Assembly: GCA_934101275.1 (NCBI GenBank)
Contig: CAKOQM010000001.1
Location: forward strand, 5,371 to 69,370
Source: an uncultured Bacilli bacterium
Lineage (GTDB): Bacteria > Bacillota_I > Bacilli_A > RF39 > UBA660
DNA: 64,000 bases
Direction of reading: 5' to 3'
Below, piece by piece: positions 1-9,718 of the stretch (within the stretch, counting starts at the first letter, position 1; each line of letters opens with the position of its first letter). The notes under the pieces were generated by a model that searched no databases, was not told where the DNA came from, and saw nothing but the letters and a program-made list of their open reading frames with translations. The position numbers and the translations under genes are program-made.

Positions 1-57
1 AATAATTATTTTGGATGTTACAGTAAAAATGATAAATTATATTTAGAAAATGTTTTA

Positions 58-2052
58 ATGAAAATGCAACTTGAAGGGCTCATTTATAATGATGATGGCG
101 TTTATAAATTGTTTCCTAAACATTATAAAGTTGTCTCATTAGAACAAATGATGTATAAGAAAATAGAAAAAAAGGCTTGTTTTAAAAATGATAAGAATGT
201 ACTGATTCCTATTGAATCTAAAAATTTAAATGGCGCTATGGTGGGAGATATTGTTGTTTTAGATGAAAAAAGACGACAGGTAAAAAAGATATTAAAACGT
301 AAGATTTCGAACATTCATTGTGAGGTTATCTTAGAAGACGGTTTAAAAAAACTTAAACCTCTACGTATTTTAGGAGATGATCATCTTCAAGTAAGGATAT
401 CTTATAAAGATATGAAACATCTTGTTGTTGGAGATATTGTACTCGTTTCTTTAACGAATGAAAAATATGATTCTTTTTATGAAGCTAATATGATCGAAAA
501 AATAGGCCATAAAGATGATCCTGATCTTGCATTAAATATTATTGCCTCTAATCATGGGTTTAAGCTTTCACATTCAAAAGAAGCTCTTACAGAGGCCAAA
601 GAGCTACCAACCAAAGTAACTCCAAGCGATCTTGTCGGTCGTGTTGATTTAAGGAAAGAAGAAATTTTCACCATTGACGGCATTTACACAAAAGATATGG
701 ATGACGCGGTAGGCCTAAAAAAACTTTCGAATGGTGATTATGAACTGACAGTTTCTATTGCAGATGTTAGTCATTATATAAAACCAGGAAGTGCTCTTTG
801 GAGGGAAGCTGCGGCAAGAAGTACCTCTTTATATATGGTAAATTCTGTTATTCCTATGTTTCCACATATTCTTTCAAATGGTATTTGTTCTTTAAATGAA
901 AAGGAAGATCGTTTGGCACTCACTTGTTTTATCAAACTAAATTCTAAAGGAAAGATTTTAAACTATCATGTTCTTCCAACTGTTATTAATTCAAAGAAAA
1001 AAATGAATTATACCGATGTGGAGAAGGTTTTAAATGGCGAAAAAGTAACAGGCTATGAGGACTATGAAAATACATTAAAAACGATGTATGAACTTTCTAA
1101 AATATTAAAAGAAAAACGAGATGCTTTACCATTTTTATCAGGGGATATTTCCTATACTTTTGATGAAAATAAAAAAATAATTGATTTTAACCGTCAAAAA
1201 AATAATGAAGCAATGGGCATCATCGAGGAATTTATGATTTTAGCTAATGTATGTATGGCTAAATATTCTACTTTTCTTGGCATGCCAACACCTTATCGTA
1301 TTCATGAAAAACCTGATGAGTATAAAATCGATGAACTTTTTGAGACTTTAGCTAAAAGTGGATATCCTATTTCAGATTGTAAAAGTCAAAGTCTTTATTT
1401 AACACTTCATATGATTTTAGATAAATATAAAGATAGTTTAGATTATAATTATATATCAAGTTTAATCTTAAAAAGCATGAAAAGAGCCAAATATAGTTCT
1501 TATAATGAAGGACACTACGCCTTAAAAGAACCTTATTATGCCCATTTTACGAGCCCGATCAGAAGATTTCCAGATTTACTCCTCCATTATCAAATTCATA
1601 CGGTTTTAGAAAATCAATATCCTGTAAAATGTATAAAAGAAGGTCAAATGGAAGAATTATGCGTGCATGCTAGTTTTATGGAACAATCCGCGGATGCTGC
1701 CGAAAAAGAAGCTGATGAATATACTCTTTTAAAATACATGCAACGACATCCCGAAAGACTTTATCAAGGCTATATTAAAGAACTTGGGGATAATTACATA
1801 CATGTTTTAACCAACGAGGGTATTAAAGGTCGGATTCCTTATCATTGTTTACCAGATAACCTTATTATTTCACAGGAAAAGGGGGTCATATATTTCCACA
1901 AAGAGCCTTATTTAAAAGTAGGACACGTTTGTTTATTTAAACTGCTTAATGTTGATTGGTCTTCTAATGAAGTTACCTTTGATATTGAAAAAAATTTATC
2001 GATACGTACGTTTAATAAAGATTACAGCCGCGTTTTAAAAAGAATCCCTTAA
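58..2052 (+). CDS. rnr: Ribonuclease R / RNase II family (RNB domain) 3'-5' exoribonuclease
   Basis: 664 aa; RNB catalytic motif 'HYALKEPYYAHFTSPIRRFPDLLLH'; C-terminal S1-like region. Confidence 0.85.
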   Translation: MKMQLEGLIYNDDGVYKLFPKHYKVVSLEQMMYKKIEKKACFKNDKNVLIPIESKNLNGAMVGDIVVLDEKRRQVKKILKRKISNIHCEVILEDGLKKLKPLRILGDDHLQVRISYKDMKHLVVGDIVLVSLTNEKYDSFYEANMIEKIGHKDDPDLALNIIASNHGFKLSHSKEALTEAKELPTKVTPSDLVGRVDLRKEEIFTIDGIYTKDMDDAVGLKKLSNGDYELTVSIADVSHYIKPGSALWREAAARSTSLYMVNSVIPMFPHILSNGICSLNEKEDRLALTCFIKLNSKGKILNYHVLPTVINSKKKMNYTDVEKVLNGEKVTGYEDYENTLKTMYELSKILKEKRDALPFLSGDISYTFDENKKIIDFNRQKNNEAMGIIEEFMILANVCMAKYSTFLGMPTPYRIHEKPDEYKIDELFETLAKSGYPISDCKSQSLYLTLHMILDKYKDSLDYNYISSLILKSMKRAKYSSYNEGHYALKEPYYAHFTSPIRRFPDLLLHYQIHTVLENQYPVKCIKEGQMEELCVHASFMEQSADAAEKEADEYTLLKYMQRHPERLYQGYIKELGDNYIHVLTNEGIKGRIPYHCLPDNLIISQEKGVIYFHKEPYLKVGHVCLFKLLNVDWSSNEVTFDIEKNLSIRTFNKDYSRVLKRIP

Positions 2053-2080
2053 AAAAGCTTTTAGGCTTTTTTCTTTATGA
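2053..2080 (+). terminator. Small hairpin plus T-run downstream of rnr
   Basis: aaaagc-ttttag-gctttttt immediately after the rnr stop. Confidence 0.4.
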
Positions 2081-2108
2081 AATCTTGATGAAAATAATTG
2101 TAAGGGTG

Positions 2109-2137
2109 TTGACAAATATGCTAAATGAGCATAAACT
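2109..2137 (+). promoter_or_regulatory. Sigma-A-like promoter for the marR-ABC operon with an overlapping palindromic operator
   Basis: TTGACA at 2109-2114, 17 nt spacer, TAAACT at 2132-2137; perfect palindrome tatgct-aaatg-agcata at 2117-2133 overlaps the spacer and -10. Confidence 0.5.
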
Positions 2138-2174
2138 GTTTTGGTAAGGCAACTTACAAAGTAGGTGAATTGTT

Positions 2175-2630
2175 GTGAAAAATAAAAGTATATTACATGA
2201 AATGAAAGTGTTAGATCATTTAATAATCCGAAATTTATTTTTAGAAAAACCTGAATATTTAAAAGAAGCTCCGACACTTACTCAAGTGCAAATTCTGGGA
2301 CATTTAATGAAAAATGAAAATAAAGAAGTTTATCAAAATGATTTAGAAAGCGTTTTGAATTTAAGAAGAGCCACTGTTTCTGGGGTTTTAAAGACAATGG
2401 AAAAAAAAGGTTTAATTAAAAGAGAAACGGCTTTAAAAGATGCAAGAACCAAAAGGATTATTTTAAATGAAGATGTTAAGAAAAAATGTGATAGACAAAA
2501 AAATCGTTTTCATGATTTTGAAGAAATATTAAAAAAAGATATTTCGGAAAATGATTTAGAAACTTTTTTTAATGTTTTAAATCAAATGCAACAAAATATA
2601 AAAATTTTAGATTCATCAAAATGTAAATAG
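2175..2630 (+). CDS. MarR-family transcriptional regulator
   Basis: 151 aa; winged-helix region 'LNLRRATVSGVLKTMEKKGLIKRE'; GTG start at 2175 (alternative ATG at 2199); directly upstream of two ABC exporter genes. Confidence 0.8.
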   Translation: MKNKSILHEMKVLDHLIIRNLFLEKPEYLKEAPTLTQVQILGHLMKNENKEVYQNDLESVLNLRRATVSGVLKTMEKKGLIKRETALKDARTKRIILNEDVKKKCDRQKNRFHDFEEILKKDISENDLETFFNVLNQMQQNIKILDSSKCK

Positions 2631-2656
2631 GACCTTAAAAAGGAAAGGAAAGAAAA

Positions 2657-4420
2657 ATGTTAAAATTATTAAAGAATTTTGGTAAAAAAGAATGGTTTTT
2701 AATTTTTGCCTCATTTATTTTAATTTTAGGACAAGTATGGTTAGATTTAAAAAGCCCTGATTATATGTCACAAATAACGATTCTTGTTCAAACCGAAGGT
2801 AGCCAAATGAAAGATATTCTTTTAAATGGTGGGTATATGTTACTCTGTACGTTTGGTAGTCTTATTTTATCCATTATTGTTGGTTATTTTGCTTCTTATT
2901 TAGCAGCTACTTTTTCTAAGAAAACAAGAAGTTTACTTTTTAGAAAAATAGAAGACATGGGAATGCATGAAGTTAAACAATTTAAAACAAGTAGTTTAAT
3001 TACAAGAACAACAAATGATATTACGCAAATAGAAATGTTAATTGCGATGGGCTTGCAACTTTTAATTAAAGCACCTGTGACAGCTATCTGGGCAATTTCA
3101 AAAATTGTCAATAAATCTTTAGAATGGAGTGTTATTACTGCTGTTGCTGTTTTAGTACTACTTTTAACGATTGGTTTACTTGTTTTACTTGTTATGCCTA
3201 AATTCAAAGTGGTTCAAAAATTAACGGACCGTGTAAATAATTCTATTCGAGAAAATTTAACAGGTATTCGTGTCGTTAGAGCTTTTAATGCAGAAAAATA
3301 TCAAGAAGACAAATTTAATGATATTAACTCTGAATTAACAAAAACACAGTTATTCAATCAACGTACCATGTCTATTTTATCTCCTATGATGTATTTAGTT
3401 ATGTATATGTTAACTCTTTCTATTTATTTTGTGGGAGCAAGTCTTATTAAAAATGCGATGCTCGCAGATAAATTAACTTTATTTGGTGATATGGTTGTTT
3501 TCTCATCTTATGCTATGCAAATTATAATGGCCTTTCTAATGCTTGCTATGATCTTTATGATGTTACCTCGAGCTCAAGTTTCTGCGAAACGTATTAATGA
3601 GGTATTAGATACACCTTTATCAATTAATGATGGAAAGATCTTAACAAATAATCAAAAAGAAAAAGGTACTGTTGAATTTAAAAATGTATCCTTTAAATAC
3701 CCTGATGCGGAAGAGTATTTATTAAAAAATATTTCTTTTACAGCAAAACAAGGTGAAACCGTTGCTTTTATCGGTTCTACCGGTTCGGGTAAAAGTTCTC
3801 TTATTAATTTAGTTCCGCGTTTTTATGATGCGACAGACGGTGAAGTTTTAGTAGATGGTGTAAACGTAAAAGACTATAAACAAGAAACACTTCGTAACAA
3901 GATTGGTTATGTTCCTCAAAAAGCAGTTATTTTTAACGGTACAATAAATGAAAATGTTTCTTATGGTGAAAATGGTCAAGAAAAGATTACCGAAGAAAAA
4001 ATAAAAGAGGCTATCAAAGTTGCTCAAGCAGAAGAATTTGTTTCAAAAATGGATAATACTTATGAAACACATATTGCTCAAGGTGGAACCAATGTTTCCG
4101 GAGGTCAAAAACAAAGACTTTCTATAGCAAGAGCTATTGCAAGAGATCCTGAAATTTATATTTTTGATGATTCTTTTTCTGCACTCGATTATAAAACAGA
4201 CGCGATTTTAAGAAAAGAATTAAAAAATTATACGAAAGATGCGACGAGCTTAATTGTGGCTCAAAGAATTGGTACCATTATGAATGCAGATAAAATTCTT
4301 GTTTTAGAAAACGGTGAATGTGTTGGTATGGGTACTCATGAAGAATTATTAAAAACTTGCGAAGTCTATAAAGAAATCGCTTTATCACAATTGTCAAAGG
4401 AGGAGTTAGAAAATGCATAG
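2657..4420 (+). CDS. ABC transporter permease/ATP-binding protein (exporter half-transporter)
   Basis: 587 aa; N-terminal TM domain; Walker A 'GSTGSGKSS', ABC signature 'LSGGQKQRLSIARAI', Walker B 'IYIFDDSFSALD'. Confidence 0.9.
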   Translation: MLKLLKNFGKKEWFLIFASFILILGQVWLDLKSPDYMSQITILVQTEGSQMKDILLNGGYMLLCTFGSLILSIIVGYFASYLAATFSKKTRSLLFRKIEDMGMHEVKQFKTSSLITRTTNDITQIEMLIAMGLQLLIKAPVTAIWAISKIVNKSLEWSVITAVAVLVLLLTIGLLVLLVMPKFKVVQKLTDRVNNSIRENLTGIRVVRAFNAEKYQEDKFNDINSELTKTQLFNQRTMSILSPMMYLVMYMLTLSIYFVGASLIKNAMLADKLTLFGDMVVFSSYAMQIIMAFLMLAMIFMMLPRAQVSAKRINEVLDTPLSINDGKILTNNQKEKGTVEFKNVSFKYPDAEEYLLKNISFTAKQGETVAFIGSTGSGKSSLINLVPRFYDATDGEVLVDGVNVKDYKQETLRNKIGYVPQKAVIFNGTINENVSYGENGQEKITEEKIKEAIKVAQAEEFVSKMDNTYETHIAQGGTNVSGGQKQRLSIARAIARDPEIYIFDDSFSALDYKTDAILRKELKNYTKDATSLIVAQRIGTIMNADKILVLENGECVGMGTHEELLKTCEVYKEIALSQLSKEELENA

Positions 4421-6692
4421 AGGTCCTCAAAATGAAACAGCCAAAGACTTTGGCGGTTCTATGAAAAGATTATTTAAAGAATTAAAGACTTATCAAAAAG
4501 CTATTTTTCTTGCTTTGATTTTAGCAGCTCTTGGTTCTATTTTGTCTTTATTTGCTCCAAATAAATTATCTAATTTGACAGATGAAATTCAAAAGGGCTT
4601 AATTATTAATCAGAATAACATGACAGAGATCGCTACAGATATTCAAAATAATTTAATGACATCTTTACCAGAATATTTAAGTTTTAATTTAGATAATAAT
4701 ACTTTAATGAAAATTATGATTTCTTCTTCTATTAGTACAGAAGAAAAAGAAAATTTTCAAACTTATTTAAGTGATTTAAAAGATGGTAAAAAAGATTTTA
4801 CATATCTAGCTACTTTTTCTGATGATTTATTAAATTTATTGTTTGAAGATTCAAATTTTAAAGGAATAACAGTAACTAAAGAAGATAAAATTTCTTTTCT
4901 AAAGGGAATGAATAATAAAGAGTTTATTTTAAAAGATGATGTTAAAAACGTCTTATTATCTGATATCACAATCGATAATATTACAATTTCTTCAAAAGAC
5001 CAACTAAACTTTTTAAATATTTTATCTACCTTAAATGAATCAAATAGTTCCGAAATATATCAAAAATTAGAGGGAGCTCCTGAAAGTGTTCGCTTACTTA
5101 TTGAACCATATATGGATATGGATGTCATTAAAAAAATAGCCTTATTTTTATTAACGCTTTATTTAATAAGTGCCTTATTTAATTACATTGAATCTATTTT
5201 AATGACCAATGTTTCTAATGGTTTTGCTAAAGAATTAAGAGGTAAAATTTCTCATAAAATTAATTTATTACCTTTAAAATATTTTGACGCTCATCAATCA
5301 GGAGATATCTTATCTCGTGTGACAAACGATGTTGATAGTATTGCTCAATCATTAAATATGAGTTTGTCACCTTTAGTAAGTGCTTTAACTTTATTTATTG
5401 GTACCATTATCATGATGTTCGTAACAAATTGGATCCTTGCTCTTACAGCTATTTTATCGAGTTTACTAGGTTTTGTCTTTATGTTTGGGGTTTTAAGTAA
5501 ATCACAAAAATACTTTGTCGCACGTCAAGAAGAGTTAGGAGCTTTAAACGGACATATTGAAGAAGTTTATGGTGGCTTAAATGTTGTCAAGGCTTACAAT
5601 GCTCAAAAGATTTCTAATGAAAAATTCGATTCTTTAAATGAAAACGTTTATAATGCTAACCGTAAAAGTCAATTTTTATCAGGTCTTATGATGCCTATGA
5701 TGAACTTTATTGGTAACTTTGGCTATGTTGCTGTTTGTATTGTCGGAGCTTTACTTACTATCAATGGTAAAATTAGTTTTGGCGTTATTATTGCTTTCAT
5801 TACTTATGTTAGAATGTTTACCTCACCATTATCTCAAATTGCTCAAGCCATGACTTCATTACAATCAACTGCCGCAGCGAGTGAAAGAGTATTTGAATTT
5901 TTAGACGAAGAAGAAATGAAAGATGAATCTTCTTTAAAAGAACATTTAGCTCTAGAAGATGCCAAAGGAAATATTGAATTTAAAAATGTTGTCTTTAAAT
6001 ATGACGGCAATGAAAAACCAACCATTCATAACTTTAGTGCTAAAGTAAAAAGCGGTCAAAAAGTAGCAATTGTTGGTCCAACGGGTGCTGGTAAAACTAC
6101 AATGGTAAACTTATTAATGAAGTTTTATGACATCAGTGGAGGAGATATCATTATTGATGGTAAAAGTATTAAAGATTTAACCAGAGAAAATGTTCATGAT
6201 TTATTTACAATGGTTCTTCAAGATACTTGGTTATTTAATGGTACCATCAAAGAAAATATTATTTACAGTCGTGATAATATTAGCGATGACGATGTCAAAC
6301 GAGTTTGTAAAGTTGTTGGGCTAGATCATTTTATTAAAACTTTATCGGATGGTTATGATACCGAGTTAGGTGATAATGATAGTGTTTCGTCTGGTCAAAG
6401 ACAACTTTTAACGATTGCTAGAGCTATGCTTTCTTCATCTCCATTCTTAATTTTGGATGAAGCGACAAGTAATGTTGACACAAGAACAGAAGAATTAGTC
6501 CAAAAAGCTATGGATAAACTTTGTGAAGGAAAAACATCATTTATTATTGCTCACCGTTTATCAACCATTAAAAATGCTGATTTGATTTTAGTTATGAAAG
6601 ACGGTAATATTATTGAAACTGGTAATCATGATGAACTTATCAAAAAGAACGGTTTTTATGCCGATTTGTATAATTCACAGTTTGAAAAATAA
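4413..6692 (+). CDS. ABC transporter permease/ATP-binding protein (partner half-transporter) with a long extracytoplasmic insert
   Basis: 759 aa; 8-nt overlap with the upstream gene; RBS AAGGAGGAG; Walker A 'GPTGAGKTT', signature 'SGQRQLLTIARAM'; ~200 aa hydrophilic segment between TM1 and TM2. Confidence 0.9.
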   Translation: MHRGPQNETAKDFGGSMKRLFKELKTYQKAIFLALILAALGSILSLFAPNKLSNLTDEIQKGLIINQNNMTEIATDIQNNLMTSLPEYLSFNLDNNTLMKIMISSSISTEEKENFQTYLSDLKDGKKDFTYLATFSDDLLNLLFEDSNFKGITVTKEDKISFLKGMNNKEFILKDDVKNVLLSDITIDNITISSKDQLNFLNILSTLNESNSSEIYQKLEGAPESVRLLIEPYMDMDVIKKIALFLLTLYLISALFNYIESILMTNVSNGFAKELRGKISHKINLLPLKYFDAHQSGDILSRVTNDVDSIAQSLNMSLSPLVSALTLFIGTIIMMFVTNWILALTAILSSLLGFVFMFGVLSKSQKYFVARQEELGALNGHIEEVYGGLNVVKAYNAQKISNEKFDSLNENVYNANRKSQFLSGLMMPMMNFIGNFGYVAVCIVGALLTINGKISFGVIIAFITYVRMFTSPLSQIAQAMTSLQSTAAASERVFEFLDEEEMKDESSLKEHLALEDAKGNIEFKNVVFKYDGNEKPTIHNFSAKVKSGQKVAIVGPTGAGKTTMVNLLMKFYDISGGDIIIDGKSIKDLTRENVHDLFTMVLQDTWLFNGTIKENIIYSRDNISDDDVKRVCKVVGLDHFIKTLSDGYDTELGDNDSVSSGQRQLLTIARAMLSSSPFLILDEATSNVDTRTEELVQKAMDKLCEGKTSFIIAHRLSTIKNADLILVMKDGNIIETGNHDELIKKNGFYADLYNSQFEK

Positions 6693-6702
6693 GATTAAAA
6701 AA

Positions 6703-6730
6703 GTCTCAAATAATTGCTTTGAGGCTTTTT
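6703..6730 (+). terminator. Rho-independent terminator after the ABC operon
   Basis: hairpin ctcaaa/tttgag followed by GCTTTTTGTG. Confidence 0.55.
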
Positions 6731-6820
6731 GTGTGTCAAGAAATGTCAACTTTATTACTTTTTTTTGAGAATGAACAAAATATCTCCTATAATATAATTT
6801 TATAAAGGAGAGAAATTGCA

Positions 6821-7360
6821 ATGAAAGAAAATAAATATATGATCCAGCTATGTGAGGTAAACAAAGAAGTGCTTGCTATGGATAAAGAAAGAAAGGATAA
6901 TTTTTTAACGACTCAACTTGGTGTGTTTCAAGAAGATAATGTTTTTTTAAATCATGAAGCTATTATTGTTGTGCCATCTAAACATCCTGGCATGGTAAAA
7001 GAATATTTTACAGGTAGAGAAATTCCTCTAGTTTCTTTAGAAATCTATCGAAATTTAGATAAAAAAATAGCTCCAACGGATAAGCCTTACGCCTACTATG
7101 TAAATAGTAATTTAAAAAGTACACTTTTTGGCTTTCAAATTGTTTATCATGATATGAATTTTAAAGTAGAAAATGAACCTTTTAATCGCAAAAAAGTGAC
7201 GGATGAAGATCTTAAAAGCTTTATGAGTCAAAAAGGAATGTCTTTAGATGAATATAAGACTTATCTTTTAGATCGTTTTCGTATTTTGGAAGTCGAGCAT
7301 AAAAATAATTTAAATACGGCTTTAAAAAGAGTCAAAACTTTGTGGCAAACAAAAAAATGA
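6821..7360 (+). CDS. Hypothetical protein
   Basis: 179 aa ORF with RBS AAAGGAGAG upstream; no recognisable motif. Confidence 0.5.
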   Translation: MKENKYMIQLCEVNKEVLAMDKERKDNFLTTQLGVFQEDNVFLNHEAIIVVPSKHPGMVKEYFTGREIPLVSLEIYRNLDKKIAPTDKPYAYYVNSNLKSTLFGFQIVYHDMNFKVENEPFNRKKVTDEDLKSFMSQKGMSLDEYKTYLLDRFRILEVEHKNNLNTALKRVKTLWQTKK

Positions 7361-7389
7361 AGCAACAACTTCATTTTTTTAATACCAAA

Positions 7390-7548
7390 TTAAGCCATTT
7401 TTTTAGCTTCTCTTGCACTAATAACTACTTTTTCTCCATTGATAGTCTTCTTTTGAAAATTTGGCTTTTGAACTCTTTTTGTTGCGTTTAGCGCTTTACT
7501 TCTTGAATTAACTGTTAAAGGTTTTTTGGTTGATACTTTCTTTGCCAT
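7390..7548 (-). CDS. rpmB: 50S ribosomal protein L28
   Basis: 52 aa ORF absent from the ORF track (<60 aa): MAKKVSTKKPLTVNSRSKALNATKRVQKPNFQKKTINGEKVVISAREAKKMA. Matches the L28 pattern (NxTKR...NxQK...INGE...V.ISAR.LK) recalled from the B. subtilis protein; RBS AGGTGA. Confidence 0.75.
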   Translation of the reverse strand: MAKKVSTKKPLTVNSRSKALNATKRVQKPNFQKKTINGEKVVISAREAKKMA

Positions 7549-7686
7549 TATCTTTCACCTCGCTTTTTCTCTTTAAAATCTTATCAAAAAGAAGGGGCAA
7601 AGTCAAATGAAATCGCCTGTTTTTCGTCGAGGTTTACTTTTTTTTCTCTGAAAACTATGATAAAATGAAAAAGCAGGTGATGTTTC

Positions 7687-8178
7687 ATGAAAAAAATAGT
7701 AAAAGAAAGCCTACCGTATCTCTTGATTTTACTTGCTGTCATTTTTATTCGTTTTTATCTTGTGACACCGATAAAAGTAAATGGTATGAGCATGTATGAT
7801 ACGTTAAGTGGAAATGAAATTATGCTTTTGTGGCGTAGAAAAAAAATCGAACGTTATGATATTATTGTGGCTGATTTAATTGAAAATGATAAAAAAGTCG
7901 ATACGATTATAAAAAGAGTTTATGGTCTTCCTGGAGAAACCATTAAATGTGAAAATGGCGTTCTTTATATTAATGATCATAAGATAGAAGACTCTTACGC
8001 TTATGGTAAAACAGATGATTTTGAAGCAATCACTTTAAAGGAAGATGAGTACTTTATTTTAGGAGATAATCGTGAAATCTCTTTAGATAGTCATATTTTT
8101 GGACCTGAAAAGAAAGAAAATATAAAAGGTGTTGCGGATTTTATTATTTTTCCTTTTAGTAAATTTGGGAAAATATAA
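7687..8178 (+). CDS. lepB: Signal peptidase I (P-type, Ser-Lys dyad)
   Basis: 163 aa; N-terminal TM; box B 'GMSMYDTL', box D 'KRVYGLPGE', box E 'GDNREISLDS'. Confidence 0.85.
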   Translation: MKKIVKESLPYLLILLAVIFIRFYLVTPIKVNGMSMYDTLSGNEIMLLWRRKKIERYDIIVADLIENDKKVDTIIKRVYGLPGETIKCENGVLYINDHKIEDSYAYGKTDDFEAITLKEDEYFILGDNREISLDSHIFGPEKKENIKGVADFIIFPFSKFGKI

Positions 8179-8216
8179 GAAGTAGTTTGCCAGTAAAAAT
8201 GAAGGAGCTGATAAAG

Positions 8217-9077
8217 ATGAACCAAGAAAGTCGTACAAATATAAATTTTTATCCCGGCCATATGGCCAAAACGAGAAGGTTGATTGCAGAAAAATATCCA
8301 CTCATAGATATTGTTTATGAAGTTGTGGATGCTAGAATTCCTTTTTCTTCAAAGATTAAAGATATCTATAATATTATAGGTAATAAGCCTAAAATTTTAA
8401 TTATGACCAAAAAAGATTTGTGTGATGAGAAAATAACACAAAGCTGGGTAAATTATTATGAAAATTTAGGCACTCCGGTTGTTCTTGTAGATTTAAATAA
8501 TTCTAATGATTATGAAAAAATAATAACCCTAACGCACCAAATCATGGCTAAAACACAAGAAAAAAGATTAGATAAGGGCTTAAAAGAAAAAGAAATTAGA
8601 GCCTTAGTTGTTGGTATTCCAAACGTTGGTAAAAGTACTCTTATTAATCGTTTATGTAAAAGAAAGGTGGCCAATGTTGGAAATAAACCAGGTGTGACCC
8701 AAAATATTAGCTGGTTACGCACTCATAGTGATATTTTGCTTTTAGATACGCCAGGAATTTTATGGCCTAAATTAGATCAAAATGAGATAGCTTTTAATTT
8801 AGCGTCTTTCACAGCGATAAAAGAAGAAGTTTTACCTTTAGATGATATTGCTGTTTATATTTTAAAAAAATTATCGATGTATTATCCTACTAAGTTAAAA
8901 GAAAATTATGATATTGACTCTGTAACAGATGAGAATATCATGGAAGCTTATGAGACAATTGGTAAGAAAATTGGAGCTTTAAAAAATGGTGAAGTAGATT
9001 ATGAAAGAGTTTCTACGAAGATAATTAATGATATAAAATTAGAAAAAATAAAAGGAATCACTTTTGATAGGAAGTAG
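8217..9077 (+). CDS. rbgA: Ribosome biogenesis GTPase A (YlqF/RbgA)
   Basis: Circularly permuted GTPase; 'INFYPGHMAKTRR', G1 'GIPNVGKSTLINRL', 'DTPGILWP'; start moved to the ATG at 8217 behind RBS AAGGAG (ORF-track start 8187). Confidence 0.85.
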   Translation: MNQESRTNINFYPGHMAKTRRLIAEKYPLIDIVYEVVDARIPFSSKIKDIYNIIGNKPKILIMTKKDLCDEKITQSWVNYYENLGTPVVLVDLNNSNDYEKIITLTHQIMAKTQEKRLDKGLKEKEIRALVVGIPNVGKSTLINRLCKRKVANVGNKPGVTQNISWLRTHSDILLLDTPGILWPKLDQNEIAFNLASFTAIKEEVLPLDDIAVYILKKLSMYYPTKLKENYDIDSVTDENIMEAYETIGKKIGALKNGEVDYERVSTKIINDIKLEKIKGITFDRK

Positions 9078-9082
9078 TAAAA

Positions 9083-9718
9083 ATGAATGATTTATTAGCG
9101 TTTGAAAAAGAACTATACAAAGAAGGCTATACCTTAATATGCGGGACAGATGAAGCTGGTCGCGGTCCTCTTGTTGGTCCTGTTGTTGCTGGGGCTGTTA
9201 TTTTGCCTTTAAATTACCATTTAGATGGTCTTACGGATTCTAAAAAATTAAGTGAAAAAAAACGAGAAAAATTTTTTGAAATCATTAAACAAGACGCTAT
9301 AGCTTATGGTATTGGCATAGTTGATGCTAAAACAATTGACGAAATTAATATATATGAAGCCAGTCGCTTGGCTATGAAAAAGGCTATTGCTGATTTAAAG
9401 GTAAAACCAGATTATATTTTAACAGATGCAATGCCTATATTAGATATGGATGTTCCAGTAAAACCAATTATCCATGGTGATGGCCTTTCTATTACTATTG
9501 CGGCAGCCTCTGTACTGGCTAAAGTAACACGAGACCATTATATGTATGAATTGGATAAAAAGTATCCTGAATATGAATTTAAGAAGCATAAGGGTTATCC
9601 AACAAAAAGACATCTGGAACTTATAAAAAAGTATGGGGTAACACCAGATTATCGTTTTTCCTATAAACCCGTTAAAAATATAGTAGAAAGTGGGAAAATG
9701 GATGAAGAGGCAAAATAA
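9083..9718 (+). CDS. rnhB: Ribonuclease HII
   Basis: 211 aa; active-site 'GTDEAGRGPLVGPVV'. Confidence 0.9.
   Translation: MNDLLAFEKELYKEGYTLICGTDEAGRGPLVGPVVAGAVILPLNYHLDGLTDSKKLSEKKREKFFEIIKQDAIAYGIGIVDAKTIDEINIYEASRLAMKKAIADLKVKPDYILTDAMPILDMDVPVKPIIHGDGLSITIAAASVLAKVTRDHYMYELDKKYPEYEFKKHKGYPTKRHLELIKKYGVTPDYRFSYKPVKNIVESGKMDEEAK

Noticed and set aside
123-314. Short ORFs (63-103 aa) nested on the opposite strand inside large genes (e.g. 123-314, 2896-3207, 4763-4969, 5843-6025, 8083-8301, 8510-8722, 11814-12047, 13375-13614, 14532-14990, 15189-15443, 19415-19660, 25201-25431, 29966-30169, 38683-39672, 55280-55696, 56048-57678, 58318-58722)
   Set aside because: They are embedded in well-supported genes, have low-complexity or hydrophobic composition typical of AT-rich antisense frames, and have no RBS.
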